Below are positions 31,374 to 39,733 of a stretch of DNA of 50,099 nt, piece after piece. Position numbers and translations under genes: made by a program. The DNA is from Candidatus Caldarchaeum sp. Lineage in GTDB: Archaea > Thermoproteota > Nitrososphaeria_A > Caldarchaeales > Caldarchaeaceae. The stretch spans positions 1-50,099 of the forward strand of contig JAWBKB010000012.1 of NCBI GenBank assembly GCA_038831915.1. Direction: 5' to 3'. The notes beneath the pieces are model-generated. The model searched no databases. It saw nothing but the letters and a program-made list of their open reading frames with translations, and was not told the origin of the DNA. Within the stretch, counting starts at the first letter, position 1. Each line of letters begins with the position of its first letter.

Positions 31374-32921
31374 ATGCCGTTGTCTGGTCGCGTTCTCGTC
31401 GAAGCTAGAAAGGTTGTGAAATCTTTTCCAGGAGTTTGGGAGCATTTGATACTTGACCACATCGACTTCGACGTGAGGGAGGGAGAAGTTCACGCACTGC
31501 TCGGTGAAAACGGCGCCGGTAAAACCGTGCTCGCCAACATTCTATCCGGGTTCTACACCTTTTCGTCGGGCGAAATACTTGTTGATGGAAAAAGCGTTCG
31601 ATTCAAGTCGCCTCTAGACGCGATAAAACACGGAATCGGTATGGTTCACCAAGAATTTACACTTGCCGCGCCTTTGACTGTCGTCGAAAACGTCGCCCTC
31701 ATGCTTAGAAAAATAAGCCCCTTCAAATATCCTTTAAAGGTCGTTGAAAGAAAGCTGACAGAACTTTCGGAAAAATATGGCTTGAAAATCAACCCCCGCA
31801 GAGTCGTTGAGCAGCTTTCTCTAGGTGAGAAGCAGCGTGTCGAAATTTTGAAGGTTCTTTTCTGGGACCCGAATATTCTGATTCTGGACGAGCCGACATC
31901 GGTTTTAACGATGCAGGAGGCCGAAGAACTTTTCGTGATTCTTCGTAAGATGGCTGAAGAAGGGAAAGGCGTTGTCTTCATCACTCACAAAATTGAGGAA
32001 ATCATGAAGGTTGCCGATAGAGTCACTGTTCTCAGACTCGGCAAAAAGATGGGAACCCTCAACGTTGCCGAGACCAATCCAAACCAGCTGCTCAAATTGA
32101 TGATAGGTGAATTTGAGCCGGTGAGGTATGAAAGGCATCCGGTTTCGCCGACGGCGAAGCCTGTGTTGGTGGTTGAAAATCTGTACGTGGAGGGCGACGA
32201 CGGAAGAGAAGCCGTGAAAGGATTGAACTTCACCGTTCGCGAAGGCGAAATTTTCGGCATAACGGGAATTTCAGGAAACGGCCAACGTGAACTCGTCGAT
32301 GCGTTAGTTGGTCTAAGACAGGTTAAACGGGGAAAAATAATGTTCAACGGCGAAGACGTCACCAACTGCACCGCCCGAATGATGGCCGACCGTGGAGTCA
32401 GACACATTCCCGAAGAACGACGCAAAACCGGAGTTATCGAGCCGATGACCACAGCTGAAAACATCATTATGCGCGAATACAAAATGAAACCTTTCTGCAT
32501 ATTCGGCATAATGAATAAGCGGGCCATTACCGAGCTTTCCGCCCACCTCGTCGAAAAATTTGGGATATTGACGCCGGACCTGTGGGACACCGAAGTAAGA
32601 ATTCTTTCGGGCGGAAACATTCAACGACTGATTCTCGCTCGTGAACTTTGGCGTGACCCAAAGCTTCTGGTCGCGTTTCATCCAACATACGGATTGGACC
32701 TTAAAGCACTCAGCCAGACACACCGGCTTTTCATGGAGCTCCGCCGCAAAAATTCAGCCATCTTACTTGTTTCCGAAGACCTCGAAGAAGTTTTTCTGCT
32801 CAGCGACAGAATAGCCGTCATGTACGAAGGACGACTGGTCGGTGTTCTCGAGTCTAAAGACGCAACAGTCGAAACAGTCGGAAAAATGATGACCGGAGTA
32901 GCGGATGCTAAAAGCTCCTAA
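31374..32921 (+). CDS. Nucleoside/sugar ABC transporter ATP-binding protein (two fused NBDs)
   Basis: GENGAGKT, LDEPT, ITHK, LSGGNIQR. Confidence 0.9.
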   Translation: MPLSGRVLVEARKVVKSFPGVWEHLILDHIDFDVREGEVHALLGENGAGKTVLANILSGFYTFSSGEILVDGKSVRFKSPLDAIKHGIGMVHQEFTLAAPLTVVENVALMLRKISPFKYPLKVVERKLTELSEKYGLKINPRRVVEQLSLGEKQRVEILKVLFWDPNILILDEPTSVLTMQEAEELFVILRKMAEEGKGVVFITHKIEEIMKVADRVTVLRLGKKMGTLNVAETNPNQLLKLMIGEFEPVRYERHPVSPTAKPVLVVENLYVEGDDGREAVKGLNFTVREGEIFGITGISGNGQRELVDALVGLRQVKRGKIMFNGEDVTNCTARMMADRGVRHIPEERRKTGVIEPMTTAENIIMREYKMKPFCIFGIMNKRAITELSAHLVEKFGILTPDLWDTEVRILSGGNIQRLILARELWRDPKLLVAFHPTYGLDLKALSQTHRLFMELRRKNSAILLVSEDLEEVFLLSDRIAVMYEGRLVGVLESKDATVETVGKMMTGVADAKSS

Positions 32922-32987
32922 AAATAAGTGACGCGCTGTTCGGTTTGCTTCGAAATCTGACACAAAACATTGTAACTCGTCTGTCTT

Positions 32988-34750
32988 TCACAGGTGTCTT
33001 AAAAGAAAGTCTGTCACAAAGTCTGTCACAGTCTTGTATTGTTTTACGCAGTTTTCGACTTTTTGCACACCATGGCCTTCTCCTTCAATAACGTAAAACT
33101 CATGTTGCTTTCCGAGTTCTTTCAGTTTCTCGACAAATTTTTCCACGGGCTGAAGCGGGCATCTCGTATCGTTGGCGCGGTGCCAAACGAGTATCGGTGC
33201 TTTGATTTGATGGACAAAGTTGATGGGAGACTTGTCGCGGAACAGCTCTGGTTTTCCTGAGGCTTTGCGAGAAGCTGTTCTGTGAAGTGTCTGAAGGCCG
33301 CGTCGGCAAGCTCATAGTCTTCAACCCAGTCGGTGACTCCGACAATTGCTGCGCCGGCTTTCCAAACATCGGGATACTTAGTCATCGCTAAAAATGTCAT
33401 AAAACCTCCATAACTTGCTCCCGCGATTCCAACCCTTTCGTCATCTACCAAACCAATTTCATAGAGGTAACGCACCCCGTAGAATACGTCTTGCATATCG
33501 CCTCCACCCGGGTCTCCAATGTTCATTCTTACGAAATCCGAGCCATAGCCTGTGCTGCCCCGAAAGTTGGGACACAATACGTGAAAGCCCGCGACAGACA
33601 AGGCCTGAATAGCCGCGCTCCATTCGTCACCCGCTTCCCACCATGGCCCACCATGCACCCATACAACACTGGGCCTCCGCTCCCAGCGTCCATTATGCAA
33701 AACTAAAAACGCGGGAATAGTGAGCCCGTCGAAAGACTTGTAAGTGATGAATTCAGCTTTGCCCAGCGGAAGTTCAGCCGCATAGCGTGGCTGGAAAAGT
33801 AGATGCATCTCGTTTGTAGCCAAGTTAACACTGTAAACAGCCGGCGGCGTTGACAACGACGAAAGTGAAAACACCGCCACATCACCTGACTAGTTTACCT
33901 CTATCCCTGTTATCGTGCCGCCAACGTCAATCTCTCGCACTCCATTCTTCACTACGTATAGTCTTGAGCGCCCGTTGAACCGCGCTACAAACCAAACCCC
34001 TTCATCGGTTAACCAGCTGAAATCAGTGAAATCAACACCATACGACGATAAACCTAAGTACGTCGTCGTATCCGAGTCGACATCATAGATGGCGAGGTCG
34101 TACGGACCGGCTGCGTTTGTGCGGAAAAGTATCTTCTTTTTCGACGGGCTCCATTTCCGGGCTTGTGTTTTCACTGCCCGGTTTAGGGGTAAATGTCCTA
34201 GTGTCGTTTTTGTGATATAAATTATCACAAGCTCACTTGACCTCGGAATACCCGTCGTATTGGCCGAAAAAACCAACATGTCGCCTTGTGATGAGTAGTT
34301 TGTGGAGAAACCCCATCCGGGGCATTCATACACAGGCTCATGTATACGGGTCTCAAGGTTGAATATCCAAACGTAGTTGAACCTGGCTGTGCTGCCTGTT
34401 AAAGCAATTTCGCGGTTGTTGGGTGAAAGCGCGAAGTCAAACAACCTTATGTCCTCAAAGTTAGATAACTGTTCCTCCTCGGCGTGGCCGTTTCGAATAG
34501 CATAAAGCTGATGACGTTCCCATCCCTGAAAATCCCTTAGAAAATAGACAGTTTTCCCATCTCTCCCTATTTTTGCACAAGTCACCCGTTGGTCGCCGTG
34601 AGAAATTTGACGCAAGTCGCGCTGTTAAAATCGAAAGACCAAACCTGATAAGAGCCAGATATGTTTGAATTGAGCAGGGCCCACCTCCCATCCCGTGATA
34701 AATCCCACACCGATACATCTGGAATACGCAAAACCTGCTCTACGAAGTAG
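32988..34750 (-). pseudogene. Disrupted S9 family (acylaminoacyl/prolyl oligo-) peptidase
   Basis: Beta-propeller fragments, then HGGP, NFRGSTGYG and GASYGG. Catalytic Asp/His (ANDTRC, EGHG) lie in another frame ending at 32988. Breaks: frameshifts near 34615 and 33250, in-frame TAG at 33890-33892. The 5' end is approximate. Confidence 0.85.
33006..33029. repeat. 12-bp tandem duplication AAAGTCTGTCAC x2 (VTDF-VTDF in the peptidase tail)
   Basis: Directly visible exact duplication. Confidence 0.85.
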
Positions 34751-34849
34751 AGCACTCCGACACTCAAAACCAAAATGAACGCGACGAAATATAAAACAAT
34801 TATCCACGATAACAAGTCAAAGACTCCATAATATATTACGCGGCATGGT

Positions 34850-35353
34850 TCAGACCTTCGATGTACAAGTCTTTGCACCCAGCTCATCCAACGCCAATAC
34901 CGCGGCCTTTTTCAGGGTCTCTTCTAACGTGTCAAGGTCTAGCTGGCCTTTCTCCCATACCGATGCACCTAGGAAGGTGAGCCAACCAACTATCCCGTTC
35001 AGGCGCGAAACAGCTTCCTCCAAAACTCTTGGGTCGACTTTCATCTTTAGCTGAGCGAAACCGAGCTCCAAAAACGATAAGGCTTCGGCCTTCGTCAGAT
35101 AACTTAGCCCAACTTCGGTATAGTATCTTCCGAAAAACGGGGACTTCGGATCCGCAACCCCTAGAAATCCGTGTAGAAAGCCCTCCTGCGACCCTGTGAT
35201 CACAAGCTGAGCCGACCTTACATGGTCGTAGATATATGCAAGTAGCTTCACTAGGTCAAACCCGACCAGCCTTCGGAATTCCTGTGCCTGGTCTAAAGCG
35301 ATGACAAGACGCTTTTCGTGTTCTAACTTTCCAAGTGACCTGAAGAGGCTCAA
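34850..35353 (-). pseudogene. Internal fragment of an archaeal AAA ATPase (ATPase_2-like)
   Basis: Walker B-like VIALDQAQ, VITGS, SPFFGR, GIVGWL; no Walker A and no C-terminal domain. Confidence 0.7.
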
Positions 35354-35418
35354 TAGGTCTGCAAATTGAGATGGCCTGTCTCCCTAGGCGAGCCGTATGT
35401 ATGGAGGCATGCCTGGCT

Positions 35419-35820
35419 CTACATCCACGCCCTGTAGATTGGAGTCTCCTTGAAGTAAGCCGCTCCGCCGTAAATCTTCATCACCTCCTCGCCTAAGTCA
35501 ACAGCGAGCGATGCACACTTCAGCTTGGCCATCGCCCCAGCCCGAGCCACGTCACCCAACGTCCCCTGACCATCACGGTAATACCTGTCAGCGGTCCAAG
35601 CAGCCTTGTAGCTCAGAAGCCTAGCGGCCTCCAGCTCCGTCGCAAAATCAGCGAGCTTAAAGCTTACTCCCTGGTAGGAGGCTAGCGGTTTTCCGAAGAT
35701 GTTTCGAGCCTTGACCCATTCCAAGGCCCTGTCCATCAGCCAGCGGGCGCATCCCACGCAGATGGCTCCGATCATGGTGCTGGCGAGGTTAAAGCCCTCT
35801 GCAACAACCCTAGCGTGGCT
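35419..35820 (-). pseudogene. C-terminal fragment of acyl-CoA dehydrogenase
   Basis: RNIFGKPLASYQGVSFKLAD, AARLLSYKAAW, AMAK, KIYGGAAY. The upstream part of the ORF is unrelated and the ORF stops early. Confidence 0.8.
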
Positions 35821-36243
35821 AAAATTCAGGTACAGCGACGTGTCAAGAAGGGCATCATAAAAAAATCCACGGAGGCTAGGTGAAGGTTGCACCCATAACA
35901 TCAGCATACTGGCGAGGTTTCGACAGTCATAACAACGAGCTGGTCGAAAGCGAGGTCTAACTTCAGCACTGAAACACTCTCTAGAGTCAACGGAAAAGCG
36001 AGTAGCGTCCGTCAGGTGATTATGCCAGCCTAAGCTGTGATCTGAACGCCGGTCTCTCCCTCCGACGCAGCTTCCATCACCTCCCTGCAGGGCTAAGGTT
36101 AACGCTTCAGACACGATTTTTCAAACGTTTCACAAGCAGGCTTGCCTACTTCATGCTATGAAGAGCCCCCGACAGCTAGAGAGCCTGAGCTGGACAGTTA
36201 TATGCTAGGCTCCATAACAATTATTAGGCAAGCTGAAGGTTTG

Positions 36244-37059
36244 ATGTTGGTGGCGGGTTTGGCTGTTGACCTGAAGCGGGAGCTGTTGAGGCTTCTCGAC
36301 GAGGATGAGGAGTTCAGGTACGCTGTGGCCGGCAGGATAGGCATACTGGAGATACTGAAACACCTCGACAGGCTGGAGGAAGGACAGAACAAGCTGTGGG
36401 AGGAGGTGAGAAGCCTAAGAGAGGGACAGAACAAGCTGTGGGAGGAGGTGAGAAGCCTAAGAGAAGGGCAGGAGAAGCTCTGGGAGAACCAGAACAGGCT
36501 GTGGGAAAGCAACAACAGGCTGTGGGAGGAGGTGAGAAGCCTAAGAGAAGGGCAGGAGAAGTTATGGCAGGGACAGGAAAAACTGTGGGAAGGGCAGAAG
36601 AGGCTGGAGGAGTCTATGGCCAGGCTTCAGGATGCTGTGGCGTTGCTGGCCCGTACGCAGGGAGAGCTAGCGAAACAGGTTGGAGCCCTCTCCGAGACTA
36701 TAGGCTTCGGGCTTGAAGACATAGCCAAGGTTGTTGTGCCGGGATGGCTTCAGAGACATGAGGGTATAGTTATGGCTGAAGAGTTCACCCGCAAATGGAT
36801 AACAGTCGACGGAGAAGAGATAGAGGTAAACCTCTACGGTGAAGGAGAGAAGGATGGAAGAAAGCTGGTCATCATCGGAGAAGCAAAATCACGAATATAC
36901 AAACGTGAGGTTGAAGCGTTCGGCGCATGGGCTGAGAAGATAGCCGCAACCATAGGCCAGGAAACCTACAAATTCATGTTCGGCTACCTCATACATCCAT
37001 CAGCAGAAGAGGAAGGGCGAAAAAGGAAAATCAAACTAATAGCGTCATACATGCGGTAA
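36244..37059 (+). CDS. Heptad-repeat coiled-coil protein with C-terminal PD-(D/E)XK-like domain (DUF3782-like archaeal family)
   Basis: N-terminal LLRLLDEDEEFRYAVAG, (E)GQxKLWE heptads, C-terminal EVNLYG...IIGEAKSR. Start uncertain (36244 ATG or 36259 TTG). Confidence 0.75.
   Translation: MLVAGLAVDLKRELLRLLDEDEEFRYAVAGRIGILEILKHLDRLEEGQNKLWEEVRSLREGQNKLWEEVRSLREGQEKLWENQNRLWESNNRLWEEVRSLREGQEKLWQGQEKLWEGQKRLEESMARLQDAVALLARTQGELAKQVGALSETIGFGLEDIAKVVVPGWLQRHEGIVMAEEFTRKWITVDGEEIEVNLYGEGEKDGRKLVIIGEAKSRIYKREVEAFGAWAEKIAATIGQETYKFMFGYLIHPSAEEEGRKRKIKLIASYMR
36379..36600 (+). repeat. Intragenic 21/42-bp tandem repeats
   Basis: Near-identical 42-bp units at 36379-36420 and 36421-36462, a further copy near 36519-36561, and degenerate 21-bp units. 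Confidence 0.9.
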
Positions 37060-37126
37060 AGAAAGGTCACAGCCGCTACAAGCACCAGACCAAAGTATGA
37101 GTTTTATCGTCTTCATTCCCTGTCAT

Positions 37127-37552
37127 TTATCGTTGAACTTTTTCTGTATCGCCCCAAGCCCATACCTTCTCCCAAATTGTTCCCATCATCCTCTGTGTGA
37201 AGTTCTTGACGAGCCTGATAACCAGCATCCCATGGGGTCTTATACGTCCTTGGCTGGATATCAGCCCCAACTTAGCCAGCTCATCCTCTTCAAACGCTAA
37301 TATGTCACCCAGATCCCTTACCATGTGAAGGTTTGTCAATACAACGATGTGGGCGAGTGTTAGCCTCTCAGCCTTCTCCTCAACCATCCTCAGCTTATCC
37401 ATGTAGATTCTCCTGTTCTTCGTCTTTCTTATGGATGGGCTATGCTGGGCTCCTACGCTTCTGATGTTTCTCCTTACATAAGAGAGGAGCTCAATAGGGT
37501 TTGGTAGTCTTTTCTTCGTGTAGGCCGGGGGATTAAGTTGCAGCCTTACCAA
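37127..37552 (-). CDS. Hypothetical protein (possibly the frameshifted C-terminus of the adjacent ORF)
   Basis: 141-aa ORF overlapping the next ORF by 20 nt; no motif recognised. Confidence 0.45.
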   Translation of the reverse strand: MVRLQLNPPAYTKKRLPNPIELLSYVRRNIRSVGAQHSPSIRKTKNRRIYMDKLRMVEEKAERLTLAHIVVLTNLHMVRDLGDILAFEEDELAKLGLISSQGRIRPHGMLVIRLVKNFTQRMMGTIWEKVWAWGDTEKVQR

Positions 37553-38303
37553 TTACCTCTGCTACGACTCTCCAGAAAGGTGTGGGAACTGGTTTAAGCG
37601 TTGAGAGGGCGAGCTGTTTATGTTCCGAGAAAGGCTTGAGGATTGCGGATGCTACGTTGTAGCTGACGTTATAGTATCCCAGTCCGAATACGATTTCTGC
37701 TATTGCTGCGGGACAAAGCGCTGAGACAGCGATCTTCAGCGGGCCTGTGAGCGAGGGGGCTTCAGCAACCTCCCTGCCTGTTATGTTCTGAATCAACTTC
37801 ACCCAGCCCTCTACATAGGACCTGAGGCGTGAATCCTCCTCTTCTAAAGACTTTACAGCCCCCTCCACAACCTGATCAATCTCTGACACGATGCCGCGGA
37901 ACGAGTGTCCTCCCCCGTCGAGAAGAGCCTTAAACCGGTCTTCATATTTTGCGGTAATCTTCCAGCCTGCGTTGTTCAGCAGAACGCTCACGCGTTCGAT
38001 GAAGACGCTGGAGTATGCCAGATGAGGCCAGTTAGCTACCCACGCCGAGATAAACACATCTTTTCTGGTGAAGTAAAGATTGAGTTGGAGAGGATGGCGG
38101 CTCATTCTAGAACGTATTATCACGTTTTTGGGTATGTGGCCCGTATGGAGGTTACCAGCCTCCAGAAGACTGTCCAACCCCACTTCAAAAACACTACCAT
38201 CATCACTCTCTCCTAAACATCCATACCACCTACCCTTTATGACCAACCTCTTTTCACGCCACCTCTTCTCAACCTCCAGCTTAATCGGCCCAAACAACGC
38301 CAT
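37533..38303 (-). CDS. Hypothetical protein
   Basis: Protein-like composition from ATG 38303 (MALFGPIK). The upstream extension runs into non-coding hairpins. Confidence 0.55.
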   Translation of the reverse strand: MALFGPIKLEVEKRWREKRLVIKGRWYGCLGESDDGSVFEVGLDSLLEAGNLHTGHIPKNVIIRSRMSRHPLQLNLYFTRKDVFISAWVANWPHLAYSSVFIERVSVLLNNAGWKITAKYEDRFKALLDGGGHSFRGIVSEIDQVVEGAVKSLEEEDSRLRSYVEGWVKLIQNITGREVAEAPSLTGPLKIAVSALCPAAIAEIVFGLGYYNVSYNVASAILKPFSEHKQLALSTLKPVPTPFWRVVAEVIGKAAT

Positions 38304-38422
38304 AATGTTCTGTTTTCTGGAGGTATTTGAGGCAGGAGAGTAAGCTGAAAGTGGGAAGATAAACTTTTTACAAAGCCAGAACACCATACAGACAGCCACA
38401 CGTGGAGGGAGAGGGAGTTCAA

Positions 38423-38516
38423 AGCCCCTTGTGTGGCTGGGGCTGTTGGGGAGCGCTCGAGCTCCCACAGAAAGAGAGCGCTCGCGCTCTCAAAAAAGTC
38501 AGGCGCTAGAGCCTGA
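38423..38516. repeat. Array of short hairpins with about 25-nt period and shared loop GCT(C/A)G(A/C)
   Basis: GGGAGC-GCTCGA-GCTCCC (38449-66), GAGAGC-GCTCGC-GCTCTC (38474-91), TCAGGC-GCTAGA-GCCTGA (38499-516). A fourth stem AGCCCC/GGGGCT at 38423-44 has a different loop. Confidence 0.8.
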
Positions 38517-38616
38517 ACAGCTAGAACAAAACATCTCACCAACACATCTACTCAACAAACTCCAACAACATTCTCCGAACAACACCTACATGGAAACATG
38601 AATAGACACCTCCTAA

Positions 38617-38842
38617 CCCCCGACAGGAAGCCCCTCCGCCGGGGAGTACCGCCTCCCCGGTGGGAGGGGAACACCTCCTGTCGGGGAACGGCGCTTCCTG
38701 CGACGAGCTTCCCGGGAGAGCCATGTCCACGGGGGACATGGTTGAAGGCCCTGCCTCCGGGGTTGAGGAGGGGCCTGCTCCCGGGCCTAAGCGGCCTTCC
38801 GTCGCAGGGAGCGGCTCGGAGGACGGACGCCTCCCCGAGCCG
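38617..38842 (+). ncRNA. Putative highly structured GC-rich RNA element of unknown class
   Basis: 11-bp stem 38618-28/38676-86 with a nested long stem; 14-bp stem 38692-705/38800-813 enclosing a multibranch; terminal hairpin GGCTCGG/CCGAGCC. G-U wobbles favour the + strand. Confidence 0.55.
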
Positions 38843-39733
38843 GCAAGGCCAGGCGTCAAGGGGGGAGAGAGACGTAGCAACGCTGTCCGCAGACCTTTGA
38901 GACCACGAGAGCTCAGAGTAAAACTGTACGACGAAGTCACGAGGTTGCGGAGCCTTGGCCTGTCCTACAGCAAGATAATCAAGAAGATAAACGATGAGTA
39001 CGGTGTCAGGCTGAGAAAATCGCACGTCAGCGGCTGGATCAGAAGACTGCACAGCCCCTACAACGCAATACTGATACCTACCATCGACATGCTGAAGCCT
39101 TCTGTGGAGCTTGCCTACATCATTGGAGTAGTAGCGGGAGACGGGTACATACGGAGCAAATGGCATAAAACCAGACGATACTACAAATCGATAATAGGGC
39201 TTAAAGTAGTCGACCTCGAGTTCGCTGAAGAGTTCGCCCTCTGTCTAGCCATAGTGCTTGGGAGAGAGCCACCGCAACCCAAGCAAACGATAAGAGGATA
39301 CACCATAGAAGTCGCCTGCAAAACGCTTCACGGCCTGTTGACAAAACCCATTGACATAGAAAAACTCAAACCCTACATAGAGCACGACAGCAGGTGCACG
39401 TCAGCCTTCCTACGAGGGTTCTTTGACAGCGAAGGCAGCGTATCCGAAAACGGTAGCATAACAGTCTGCAACACAGACATAAAACTGTTGGAATACGTCA
39501 AACAGCTACTGTCTAAGCTCGGAATCGAAGCCACCGGACCCCGTCTAAGCCATAAAAGCGGTCAGATCGTCGTAGACCCAAGAACGGGAAAGACAGGGAT
39601 CTCGAGGAAGGACTTATACCTCCTTTATATCCGTGCGTCTTCACTACCGACATACTATCGACGCGTCGGTTTCACCATACACAGAAAACGCAAAAGGCTC
39701 GAAGAATACTTGACAAGACGAGGGCTTCTATGA
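38660..39733 (+). CDS. Free-standing double-motif LAGLIDADG homing endonuclease with N-terminal HTH (true start probably near 38870-38900)
   Basis: Motifs LAYIIGVVAGDG and FLRGFFDSEG; HTH-like LGLSYSKIIKKI...KSHVSGW; no intein splicing termini. The first ~70 codons are translated GC-rich hairpins. Confidence 0.85.
   Translation: MGGEHLLSGNGASCDELPGRAMSTGDMVEGPASGVEEGPAPGPKRPSVAGSGSEDGRLPEPARPGVKGGERRSNAVRRPLRPRELRVKLYDEVTRLRSLGLSYSKIIKKINDEYGVRLRKSHVSGWIRRLHSPYNAILIPTIDMLKPSVELAYIIGVVAGDGYIRSKWHKTRRYYKSIIGLKVVDLEFAEEFALCLAIVLGREPPQPKQTIRGYTIEVACKTLHGLLTKPIDIEKLKPYIEHDSRCTSAFLRGFFDSEGSVSENGSITVCNTDIKLLEYVKQLLSKLGIEATGPRLSHKSGQIVVDPRTGKTGISRKDLYLLYIRASSLPTYYRRVGFTIHRKRKRLEEYLTRRGLL

Noticed and set aside
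33890-33892. In-frame TAG in the S9 peptidase as possible pyrrolysine or readthrough
   Set aside because: The same gene has at least two frameshifts and a tail duplication, so simple pseudogenisation explains it. No pyl genes are in the window.
36379-36600. Repeats as a CRISPR array
   Set aside because: Units are tandem, in-frame multiples of 21 bp without unique spacers and encode heptads. No cas genes were seen.
38617-38842. Structured region as SRP RNA or RNase P RNA
   Set aside because: The minus strand has AGGCCCGGGAGCAG, reminiscent of SRP helix 8, but it lacks the GNRA tetraloop. The RNase P P4 signatures were not found. A covariance search is still needed to exclude these formally.
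38548-39166. Overlapping ORFs 38548-38940(-), 38552-39166(-), 38598-38900(+) and the SD-preceded minus-strand peptide MFPCRCCSENVVGVC
   Set aside because: Open frames are expected in GC-rich palindromic DNA and the translations are low-complexity. The 15-aa peptide has only an AGGAGGTG match in support.
38660-39733. LAGLIDADG ORF as an intein
   Set aside because: No N-terminal Cys/Ser splicing block, no His-Asn C-terminus and no flanking extein.
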